A stretch of 20,000 nucleotides of DNA from Microthyrium microscopicum (taxonomy: Eukaryota): assembly GCA_010405405.1 (NCBI GenBank), contig MU004240.1, positions 938,842 through 958,841 on the forward strand, given 5' to 3'. The notes beneath the pieces were generated by a model. That model saw only the letters and a program-made list of their open reading frames with translations. It had not been told where the DNA came from and made no database searches. A program made the translations under genes and the position numbers. Every line of letters starts with the position of its first letter. The stretch's first letter is position 1. Positions 10,293-20,000 of this stretch are shown in pieces.

Positions 10293-13040
10293 ACTATAGT
10301 CTATATAGATAATATCCTTATTTTTAGTAAGATATATAAGGAATATATAACTTATATATACTTAGTACTTAATAAGCTAAAGAAAGCTAGCCTATATCTT
10401 AATATCTATAAATTAGAATTTACTACTATAAAAGTAAAATATTTAGGGTTAATTATTACTATAGAAGGTATTAAAATAGACTCTATAAAGATAGAATTAG
10501 TATTAGAATAGAAATAACTATTATGTATTAAAGACGTTTAAGCTTTCCTTAGTTTTGCTAACTTCTATTGCTATTTTATATAAGGATACTTAGAGATTAC
10601 TATACTTCTTATAGCCCTAATAAAGAAAGATGTAGTTACTATATTCCTATAGGATATTAAAGAACTAAAAGATTAAGTATTTAATAAACTAAAGAAGGCG
10701 TTTACTATAGCACCTATTTTAAAGCATTTTAATTATACTAAGGAGACCTAGCTTAAGACTAATACGTCTAATTAGGTATATACTAGAGTATTATCTTAAA
10801 AAGATAATAATAGAAATCTATATCCTATAGCGTTCCTTTTAAAAAAGATATTACTAGTAGAATATAATTATAATATCTATAATAAAGAACTTCTTATAAT
10901 TATATACGCTTTTAAAGAATAGGAACTAGAGCTATTCTCTACTAATAATCTTATTAAAGTATTCTTAGATTATTAAAATCTATAGATATTTATAACTACT
11001 AAGAAGCTTTTACGTTATTAAGCATACTAAGTAGAGTTTTTATTATAGTTCTATTTTAAGATTATATATTATTCTAGACTAGCTAATAGAAAAGTAGACG
11101 TACTAATTTAGTGTTCTTAAGACTTACCCTAGAGTAATAATAATTTACGTATCTAGTACTAGGTATACCCTTTACTTTTTCCTTACTAGTTTAATATTAC
11201 GTATATAATTAAAATAGTACGCCTACTAGTTAAATCTATTACGTTATCTTTTATATAGATTACTACTATTATTATAAATAAGTTAAATTTCTCTACTAAA
11301 GTAGAAGAGTTATTAGAGGACCCTATAATAGTAGACCTTAGTAATAAGGACTAGCCTAAGAACGCGCCTAAGGGTAACTTCTTAGAGTTTAATAAATCTC
11401 TAGACTTTAACGTTAATTAGTTTCTAATAAAAATAATAGAAGTAGGTAAAAATAATATATTGCTAAATGCTATTCGTTATACTAAGTAAGAAGGATTACT
11501 ATACTTTCCTTTTAGTATCCTAGAATAATAAGATATTAAGCTTAGTAATTATATAATCTTAGTAAAAGGCCTAGTTCTTTACTACTAATATATTCTAATA
11601 TCTAAAGGTAAGCTTTATTATTATACTATAATATATACTTACTATTATAAAGTTATAAGTTATAGAGGCTTAGTAACTACTTATTACTAGCTCTAGTAAG
11701 ATTATTAGTAGCTATATATATTGTAAGATATAAAGAAGTATATCTTAGGATATAAATATATTTTTACTAAACTTATTTGCTAGAAGAAGTAAGGACTTCT
11801 TTAATTATTCCCCTTACTAAAGTAAGCGTAGTTAAATATCTTAATTAACTTTACTATCTCTCTACCTTAGTATACCTATTTAGGTATTACTTTTCGTTAT
11901 ATTATAGTTATTATAGACTAATATACCTACTAATAGCGCTTTGTTTCTTTATCTAATCTCTTTATAGAGATAATAGTTCTTATATTTATTAATTAAGTCT
12001 AGAAGCTAACTAGATAACTAAATATAATTCTATTAAATAGAGAGTTATAGTTTACTTTAGCATTTTAGAAGTAATTATATAATTAAGTAAGCATAGTACT
12101 ATAGCTAAGTACTATATAGTATCTATAGACTAATAGAATTATAGAAATCTTAATATTAGTACTTAAGTAATATCTTTACGCTTTTATTAACTAGGATTAA
12201 GATAATTAAGTCTAGTTACTACTATTTATAGAGTTTGCTATTAACTCTACTATTAGTATAACGATAGGCTTTACTTTATTTAAGATTTAATATAGTTTCC
12301 TTCCTAAATCTAGACTTAAGTTATTTTACTAAATACTAGTACTATACTAATACTTTTCCTCTTTAGCTTAATAAGAATAGAAAGACGCTAATAAGATATA
12401 GAAAGACTATAAAGATATATATAATTATCTTATAAAATAGCTAATGTAAGCATAAGTATAATAAGCTAAATAGGCTAATAAGTACTAATGTATAGCGCTA
12501 GATCTCTAACCTAGAGACTAGGTACGTCTAGATATTTAAAACTACTATATAATACGTGTGTCTAAGACCCTTAATAGTAAAAGTATAGAGCCTTTCTATA
12601 TTCTAAAGAAACTTAACGCTATTATATTTAAACTTAACTTACTAAAGTATATAAAGATATACTCTATATTTTATATTTAGCTACTATATACTATTATAAA
12701 TAATGTAGAGCTTCTACGTTAATATAACTCTCTACTAGTAGTAGTAAGTAGAGCGCTAGAAGAAAAAGAGTAGTAAGTTAATAAAATCCTTAATAGCTAC
12801 TATAAAAAGGGCACTTATAAGAAGTTAGAATACCTTATAAAATAGACAAGTTACGACACGCCTTTATAGTAGCTATAGGAAGACCTTAAGAATATAGTAA
12901 ACTTAATCTATAACTTCTATAAATATAATCCTATAAAGCCTAGCCCTAACCCTAAGTAGTTACTACCTATTATTAGACCTAATATATCTAACTCTACTAA
13001 TTATAATAGTAATAGATTACTAGACAACTAGTTAGAGTAA
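10293..13040 (+). pseudogene. pol: Element A pol, 3' part (RT YxDD, RNase H, integrase, chromodomain)
   Basis: TIVYIDNILIFS at 10293 (YxDD); LKTNTS ~10752 (LETDAS); YNYNIYNKELL ~10863; LINF ~11842 (SIDF); YL*TNRIIE ~12120 (HPQTDGxTE); EPF ~12587 (GPF); chromodomain E**VNKILNS...LEYLIK*TSY at 12768-12855 (EWQVDEILDS...LEYLVKWTGY). Same frame to TAA at 13038-13040; exact end uncertain. Confidence 0.92.
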
Positions 13041-13229
13041 TAGAAAAGTATTTATTTATTTATTTATATTGCGCTACTATTAGCACCTTATTAGCGCTAT
13101 AAACTAGAGTATTCTAAAGATATCTAGGTTCGTTAATGCTTAGATAGTTACCTTAGTAGGCTAGAGGATAGTAAAATAGCAAAAGGGTACAGATAGCATT
13201 TTATTAAATACAAAGCAGATTAGATTAAA

Positions 13230-13279
13230 CTAGACTAGACTAGACTAGACTAGCCTAGCTAGGCCTAGAATAGAATAGC
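13230..13279 (+). repeat. (CTAGA)n pentanucleotide repeat in element A 3' untranslated region
   Basis: Four perfect CTAGA units from 13230 followed by degenerate units. Confidence 0.8.
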
Positions 13280-13312
13280 ATAAATTAAAACGTAGCTTAG
13301 AGCACTAGTTTT

Positions 13313-13323
13313 AAAGGGGGAAG
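13313..13323 (+). other. Polypurine tract of element A
   Basis: AAAGGGGGAAG ending 3 nt before the LTR start at 13327. Confidence 0.88.
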
Positions 13324-13326
13324 TAA

Positions 13327-14122
13327 TATAAGGATTTCTTACTAAAGTATAATAGCTTTAGTATTAAGCTAGATCTTAAACAAAGATTTAGCGGCGCTAG
13401 TCCCAATTAGGACTAGCGTCCCTAAGGATCTTCCAAGTATTACCCTCTTCTTTCCTTAGCGTAGATTCTACTCTACCTCTCTCTCTCCCTTTGTACGCTA
13501 GATCGTTAAATATTATCTACCTATAACGCCGCAGAGCGATCCCTACCTAAACGGCTCAACTAATGCAAAAAGTACCGTAGTATCTAAGCTTGGACACTTT
13601 GTAGGATCGTACGTATATATTCTACACGTTAGGAGCTATTATAGGCTCCTATGGCTAGCATCTCGCTGCCGTACGGAATACTCTTATAATATACACTCCT
13701 CTCTTTAATAAGCCTATCCTTAGGCGATAATATATACGCAACTTTTAGTAATAGGCTTAAAGCAACGTTATTATGTTCTTTACGTAATGTAAGCACTAAG
13801 CAAATCGTTATGCTTTATAGGCTATACAGTTCTATTGCCTTTACACGAATTAAACCTACAACCTATAGATTTACAAACTTAGTAGGAGTAGTACTATATA
13901 AGCTTAGACACTTTATAACGCTATAAGGCGATCCTTACCTAAATGGCTTAACTAATGCAAAAAGTATTATAGTATCTAAGCTTAGACACTTTGTAGGATT
14001 GTACGTACATATTCTGTACGTTAGGAGCCGTTACAGGCTCCTATAGCTAGCATCTCGCTGCCGTACGGAACGCTCCCGTAACACTACCCTTTACTTAATT
14101 ACGTGCCTATTAGATCCTTATA
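13327..14122 (+). repeat. Element A 3' LTR (229 bp after removing the TRIM and one TSD copy)
   Basis: Follows the PPT; 9-bp terminal inverted repeat TATAAGGAT/ATCCTTATA. The partner 5' LTR is outside the window. Confidence 0.82.
13522..14083 (-). mobile_element. TRIM-like non-autonomous miniature LTR retroelement (562 bp)
   Basis: 170-bp direct repeats at 13522-13691 and 13914-14083; 222-bp non-coding interior; TSD CTACC at 13517-13521 and 14084-14088; minus-strand purine tract AAAGAGAGGAG next to the left repeat; right end reads TGTTACGG on the minus strand. Confidence 0.92.
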
Positions 14123-15020
14123 GATATATATAGTACTAATAAAAAGCTAAGACCTAAAAAAGAGGCATCTTAACTATAAAATAATAAAAATTATATTAGA
14201 ATTATAAATTAAAATAATAATATATAAGTTAAGCTATAAATAAAGACTTACTATTTATACTAGAAAGATATTAGTTTAGAATAAGAGTTCTAATATAATT
14301 CTAAAACTTATAAGCTTAGTATAATAAAAAAAGTAAACTATAAGTTAAAAAGAGCGTAAGCAAGAGAATTATATTAATAAAATTATAGTAGAAATCTTAT
14401 ATAGCGGAAAAAGTAATTGCTCTAGAAATTCTTAAACTTATAACCTATATTATTATTATTTCTACTATAGCTATATAAGTAAAAGTAGAATTATAAGGAA
14501 ATTATAATAATATACTTATGTAAAGTAAGTTATTATAACGTAATAATAATCTATAATGCTATTTAGAAGCTAATAGCTAGTAGAATTATTAAAGAATTAT
14601 AATATTAAAAAAGAAAATAAAGTAAATATATCTAGATTCGTACTTATAGTTCGTAGCGTAATAGTAGCTATTATGAATATACTTAATAATAACGCTAGAA
14701 TTATAAGAGAAATCTAGGCTAGAGAAGAGAGAGAATATATAGTTAGCTAACGTAATCTTCTTCTATAAAAGTAGAAATCTAATCCTAAATAAAAACTAAG
14801 AGAATTACGTTAGAATTATAATTAAGACAAAAGATAAATATTATACTAGTACTATAGTACTTACTATAAAAATGCGTATAGAGCTAAGAAAATAGTTAGA
14901 TATAATACAAAATTCTAGTAAGCTACTTACGCCTTTCTAAGTATAGGTTTTACTATAAACCTAACTATCGTTATAAAGAACTATATAGCTATAGGACATT
15001 AAAGAATTCTAGTATAATTA
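14123..15020 (+). pseudogene. Possible RIP-degraded intron-containing gene, truncated at its 5' side by element A
   Basis: Protein-like frame from the LTR boundary; intron GTAAGT (14525)...GCTAAT (14569)...TAG (14580 or 14583) links it to a stop-free stretch reading LLKNYNIKKENKVNISRFVLIVRSVIVAIMNILNNNARIIREI. No recognisable domain. Confidence 0.45.
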
Positions 15021-15655
15021 TATTTAGATAGTATTACTTATATTTTAATATAGATATAAAATAATAGTTACGAAGGATTTAGCTATATATTTATAAAAGT
15101 AAGAATAAAAGACAAAATTACGTAGGAATTCTAATATACTATTATTTTTATAGTAAGTAGAACATTTTAATACTCTCTTAGTCTTACTAAGTATAAGTAG
15201 AGTTATATACTAATTAACTATACCTATAGAATTATAAGAGAATTATAATAAGAAAAGATTTAGTAACTTACTCTATACTATCTATAAATTAATATCTAGA
15301 TTTAGATTAGTAAAAAGTACTAGAAAAGATATAAGAAAAAGTAATAGAACTATAGTAGAATTACGTATTTTAATAAATACTAAATAAGGTCTTAAAACTA
15401 AATAAGTCCTTAAGCTTAGGGTCTATAAATATAATATAGAGCTAGAGAATTATTATTAAAGTATTATTTATAATATTATTTAATGCTATAGTTATAATTA
15501 CGTTAGAATTATAATAAATAAGTATAGAAAAGGTATAGATAATGCTAAAAGATTAGAAGGTTAAGAAAGAAGGGAGAATTAAGAAGAATTCTAGTAGAAT
15601 TTAAATAGAGTATATTTATTTTAAAAGTCTATATTAGGAATAGCGTAAATACTTA

Positions 15656-15740
15656 GTAAGGACTTATAATTTTCTAATATTAAAGTAGAGATTTATAATT
15701 ATCTAATACTAAGGTAAGGATTTATAATTATCTAAGGCTA
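15656..15740. repeat. 29-bp tandem repeat, about 2.8 copies
   Basis: GA(C/T)TTATAATT(T/A)TCTAA units starting at 15661, 15690 and 15719. Confidence 0.8.
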
Positions 15741-15990
15741 GATCTAAAATAAATATTAGTAACTTAACTATTCTATAAGAATTTACTTCTATTTAATATC
15801 TTAATTAAGTCCTAACTTAAGATAAGAGAAGCATTATAGTTCTACTAGAATTCTTATATTATATCTTTATAATATTACTTCTATATAACGTTATTTAATA
15901 ATATTTTATTAGCTTTTATTAACTAATCTATTTAATAAATACTCTATTAACTATAGACTATTAATTCTTTATTTAACTACTAAAATATCT

Positions 15991-16495
15991 TAAGATATAT
16001 ACGTAACGTTTATTTACTATAAAATACGTACTAATTCTATTTTTACTCTAAATAATATAGTTCTACTAGAATTCTTATAATATATATTTATAACTTTACT
16101 ACTACTATAATATTACTTTAATCTTTTAACTATATTACTTAATCTATAGGCTTATCTATAAGCTAATCTATAGGCTAATTTAATATCTAACTTTAGAATA
16201 ACGTAGCTAAAAATAATAGCAAGAAAGTTAAAGTTAATATTAAAATATACATACTACGTTTATTTACTAGTAGAATGTACGCTAGTTCTATCCTTACTTC
16301 TAATAATATAATTCTACTAGAATTCTTATATTATATATTTATAACTTTACTTCTACTATAATATTACTTTAACCTTTTAACTATAATACTTAATCTATAA
16401 GCTAATCTATAAGCTAATCTATAGGCTAATTTAATATCTAACTTTAGACTAACGTAGCTAAAAATAGTAGTAAGAAGATTAAAGTTAAAATTAAG
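15991..16495. repeat. ~250-bp tandem duplication containing 12-bp sub-repeats
   Basis: ACGTTTATTTACTA at 16006 and 16256; ACGTAGCTAAAAATA at 16201 and 16452; each copy has about three TAATCTATA(G/A)GC units. Partial copies near 15830-15890 and 16497-16595. Confidence 0.88.
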
Positions 16496-16649
16496 CTTAA
16501 AATATATATACTATATTAAACGTATATCTCCTATACTAGTTTTATACTAAAGAGCATAGTTTTGCTAAAATTCTAGTATATCTTTATAATATTATATCTA
16601 CGTAATATTATTTATCTAATAGATTAAGTTCTACCCTTACTACTATAAT

Positions 16650-19600
16650 TTTATTCTTTAATCTTAGCTTTTCCTTTAAACTTTTAAGCTTTTTCTTTAA
16701 AGCTACTTTTCTAGCCTCTACTTTAATATTTTCTTTAGTATTACTTATCCTAAATTACTATCTACATTATCTTAAAAATATAGATATACCTTTATCTCTA
16801 GACGTAGGTTATTAAAGTATAGCTAGATTATTAAGTTCTAAAAGAGCTTAATATAAATTAAATATTTATAATAGCTTATATAAATTTATAATATTAAAAG
16901 GCTATAATAAGTCCTTTACCTTACCTTTTACTTATCTTTAATTACTTTTATCTATTAATTATATTAAATTATATATATATAAGCTATACTATTATTATAT
17001 TCTACCTATAAAGTTACTACTATATATAATCGCCTTAAGTATAATTACGCTAAATTAATATAGCTAGGCTAGCTTAAATAACTATATCTACTTCTACGTT
17101 AAATTCTTATATTTATTATTAAGTTCTATAAGAATTATAAGTAAATATAGCTTTAATATATTAAGTATTATATAGTTATACTTTATAATACCTTCTATTA
17201 ATAATAAACCTTTACTAATAATATTATCTTATATATATAATAATTCTTCTATATTTATATCTTTATAAGCTAATTATTATACTTATACTAATATTAAACT
17301 CTTTTCTACGTATAAACTAGCTAAGATCTAAAGGTTAGTCTTATAGTTAAGCTATATTTTAAGATCTAGCTATACCTATATTATCTTTACTAATTCTACC
17401 TTAATTAATACCTTATTATTATCCTCTCTTTATAGATTCTTTATCTAGTACTTTATAAAATAAATTAAAAAGCGCTTTATAAAGTTTTAATATATATAGA
17501 TAAGATAAAATACTAAGAAGTACTATAGATATACCTTCTATAAAAACTTAGAATATATTTCTACTAAGTACTCCTTAAAGCTTATAAATAATATTTAGTA
17601 TTAGTATAATCTATTATATATATATAAGAATTATATAATATATCTTTTACTTATTTTAAATATATATCTACTATAATAGCCTAAATTTCTTAACTATATA
17701 TATAATCTTAATTTATAGGCTAGCCTAAGACGTTAACTAATATCTTAAAGACTTATCTAAATATTTTCTAATATACTAATATAGTCTCTCTATTTATCTA
17801 AATATATATAAATACTTAAAGTCCTATAACCTTTATTAATATTTATCTTATATATAGTAACTATAATATACGCTATATTAAAAGGTACTAACTAACTAGA
17901 CTATATATTATTATCTTACTATTAATTATTTAAAAGGATAAGTCTATTTAAATAAAAGAAACTTACTAAAATACTTTAGCTTAACTTTCTATATAATAGA
18001 TAATAAGGAAATACTTTTAATTAGAAAAGTAGTAAATATCCTAAATCTATTATTCTTTTTATAGATAAAGCTTATTAAATTAGAACTCTTACTTAATCCC
18101 TAATATATTATTAGCTATATTTTATATAATTAATATAGAACTATAATATATATTAGCAAGACTTATTCCTAAAAGATAGTATAAGAAATAAAAAGCCTAA
18201 ATTATAATACCTAACTAGTTCTTATTTATAAGCAAAGTATAAATCTCTAAAAGCGTAGATTTCCTAAATTACTTATATAAATAAAGTATAGCTAAAAAGA
18301 TTATAAATTATTCTATTATTATTTAAATAAGTTAGCTTTATATATTATATATAATAAAAGACTTAATATATAAAGAGTAACTATTATTAAGTCTTTACGC
18401 TTAATAATAGTCTTAAGCTACTATTATAGATTAGTAAGAATTCTTAACTAAGGAGAAGGATAATATATATAACTCTTTTTAATAATAAAAATTAAATATA
18501 AATACTAAAGCTAATGCTTTAGAATATAGAAATAAAATTTTATATTATACTTTAACGTAATATTATTTTGTTTTCCTTCTAAATGCTTATATACTATAAT
18601 TATACTTTTATTAACTATAAATTATATATAAACTATATTATAACTTATAATAATATTTATAAATTTATTAGAATAACTATATATATATATAAAGACTTCT
18701 TAACTAAACTTTAGTAACTCTATTTACTAAACTTTTTAAATATACTAAGTTAATTTAATCTCCTAATATTAACTAAATAGAATACTAAAGATTAGTCTTA
18801 TTCTAGAAACTATATCTAATAAACTTAGCCTAGATTACTAAATTAGAATTCCTATATACTTCTATAATATATTAAGATAAGAATATATATAAGCCTCTAA
18901 AAAAATATTCTAACGTCTTAATTTAATATTTAATAAAGAAGAAATAGCTTATTCTTATTATAATAGCAATAAAAGCTTTAAAAACGAAATTACTAATAAA
19001 AGCCTTTATGCTAACTATATAATATTAGTATTCTAAAATATAAGAATATAAAGAATAATTACTTCTAAATAGATCTATTTAACTAAACCTCTATTAAGTT
19101 ATCTAGATAAGAGAAAGTATACTATTAAGTAATTACTCTAATTTAATCTACCTAAACTTAGTTATAACTTAGTAAATACTATATAATATTTAGCTAAATT
19201 ATTACGTAGTACTTAACTCCTTTATAGTAATATATTAAATACTATACTCTTAAGCTATCTAATTTTAAATCTTAAGATAAGAAACGAAGAGCAATTAAAA
19301 AAGAACTACTTCTCTTAAAAGGTTTAAACTAAATCTACTTACTATTAGTACCTAAATAGTTATATAAGTCTCTTTAAAAAGATAGAGAATTAAGCTTATA
19401 TTATTTATAAAGGTTTTTATAATTTTACTAGCTATACTTTTCTATTACTTAACTAATATTATAATAAGAAAAAAGTTAGGATCCTCTTAATAATAAGGAT
19501 TCTCTAAGTAATAAATAAAATATATAATTCTTATTAGATCTATATTAGGGTATAGTAGAATCTAAGTATAATCTTAATACTCTAATATAGTAATATTATT

Positions 19601-19700
19601 AGTATTATTTATACTAATAAGAAGTAGCTTCTATATATTTATAAGCTATATTAAGTTTATAGTTAATACTTATTTATTTATATTATTTACGTAATTATAA
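16650..19700 (-). pseudogene. Mutator-like (MULE) DDE transposase relic, multi-exon
   Basis: Minus strand: I*IDLSF (D1 at 17942-17944); AIIVDIYLK*VK (D2 at 17666-17668, de-RIP VDMCSKQAKG); FLVFYLIYIY*NF (CxxH at 17496-17507); L*ILASL (PWILAGL); DINIEELLY (de-RIP TNxxESxH, E at 17244-17246). N-terminal YKGVKY ~19215 (CxGVKxC-like) and FIRYSF* ~18815 (FIGCSxW). Intron at 17824-17871. Both ends approximate; no TIR visible. Confidence 0.78.
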
Positions 19701-20000
19701 ATAAATTATAGTAGTATTTACTTATATTATTAAGAGCTATATTAAAAAAATAGCTTTATATCTTATTATAGCTATTTTCTAAATTTATAGATAGCTAAAA
19801 TTTAGAGACTTAGGCTTTATTATTTTTAGTATTATAATTACCTTTATAGTTATTATAGCTTATATTATTAGTATACTATAGAATCTAATAGTACGTTAAA
19901 TTATCTTAATAAGAAGATATAATTATATTTACTTAAAAAAATTCTTAAAAGTATAACTAAGTATTAATAGAGAAATAGAAAGGAAAAATTCTATTAAGTT

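Larger units (their letters stand above)
1..14122 (+). mobile_element. Outer Ty3/Gypsy chromoviral LTR retrotransposon A, RIP-degraded; 5' end outside window; interrupted by element B and a TRIM
   Basis: Domain order PR-RT-RNaseH-integrase-chromodomain, then a polypurine tract and a 3' LTR with inverted termini TATAAGGAT...ATCCTTATA (RIP form of TGTAAGGAT...ATCCTTACA). Confidence 0.93.
1..20000. other. RIP-mutated AT-rich repeat block of a filamentous ascomycete genome
   Basis: Near absence of CA/TG, excess TA, transition-only differences between LTR pairs, conserved Trp/Gln codons converted to TAG/TAA without frameshifts, and fungal-type short introns. Confidence 0.95.

Noticed and set aside
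15656..16495. CRISPR-like array
   Set aside because: Repeats are head-to-tail without unique spacers, in a eukaryotic context.
17315..17345. Pogo/Fot1-type QPLD motif on the minus strand (TAA CCT TTA GAT CTT)
   Set aside because: It lies in a different frame from the coherent MULE motif series (CxxH, PWILAGL, TNxxESxH); treated as coincidence.
1..20000. AT-rich bacterial, organellar or alternative-genetic-code genes with TAA/TAG read-through
   Set aside because: Stops coincide with conserved Trp/Gln positions and accompany D->N, G->S/R and C/H->Y changes plus transition-only LTR divergence, all diagnostic of RIP.
19700..20000. MULE terminal inverted repeat or transposase start codon
   Set aside because: No partner repeat in the window and ATG codons are erased by RIP, so neither can be placed.

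Overview
Extremely AT-rich, TpA-rich, CpA/TpG-depleted DNA with the signature of fungal Repeat-Induced Point mutation (RIP). It is a nested stack of dead transposons and has no intact gene. (1) An outer chromodomain-bearing Ty3/Gypsy element (A, + strand) enters from the left edge and ends in a 3' LTR at 14122. (2) A complete second chromoviral Gypsy (B, 1519-10287, 318-bp LTRs, ACTTT target-site duplication) sits in A's reverse transcriptase just before the YxDD motif. (3) A 562-bp TRIM-like miniature LTR element (13522-14083, minus strand, CTACC TSD) sits in A's 3' LTR. (4) To the right are a minus-strand, intron-containing Mutator-like DDE transposase relic, tandem repeats and a convergent plus-strand gene relic. 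The most unusual observation is a ~2.4-kb antisense gene relic between pol and the 3' LTR of element B, with four spliceosomal introns (~735 codons) and a putative Cys-rich zinc-binding motif. Protein motifs were read by hand and 'de-RIPped' by reverting T->C and A->G, so reconstructed residues are inferences.
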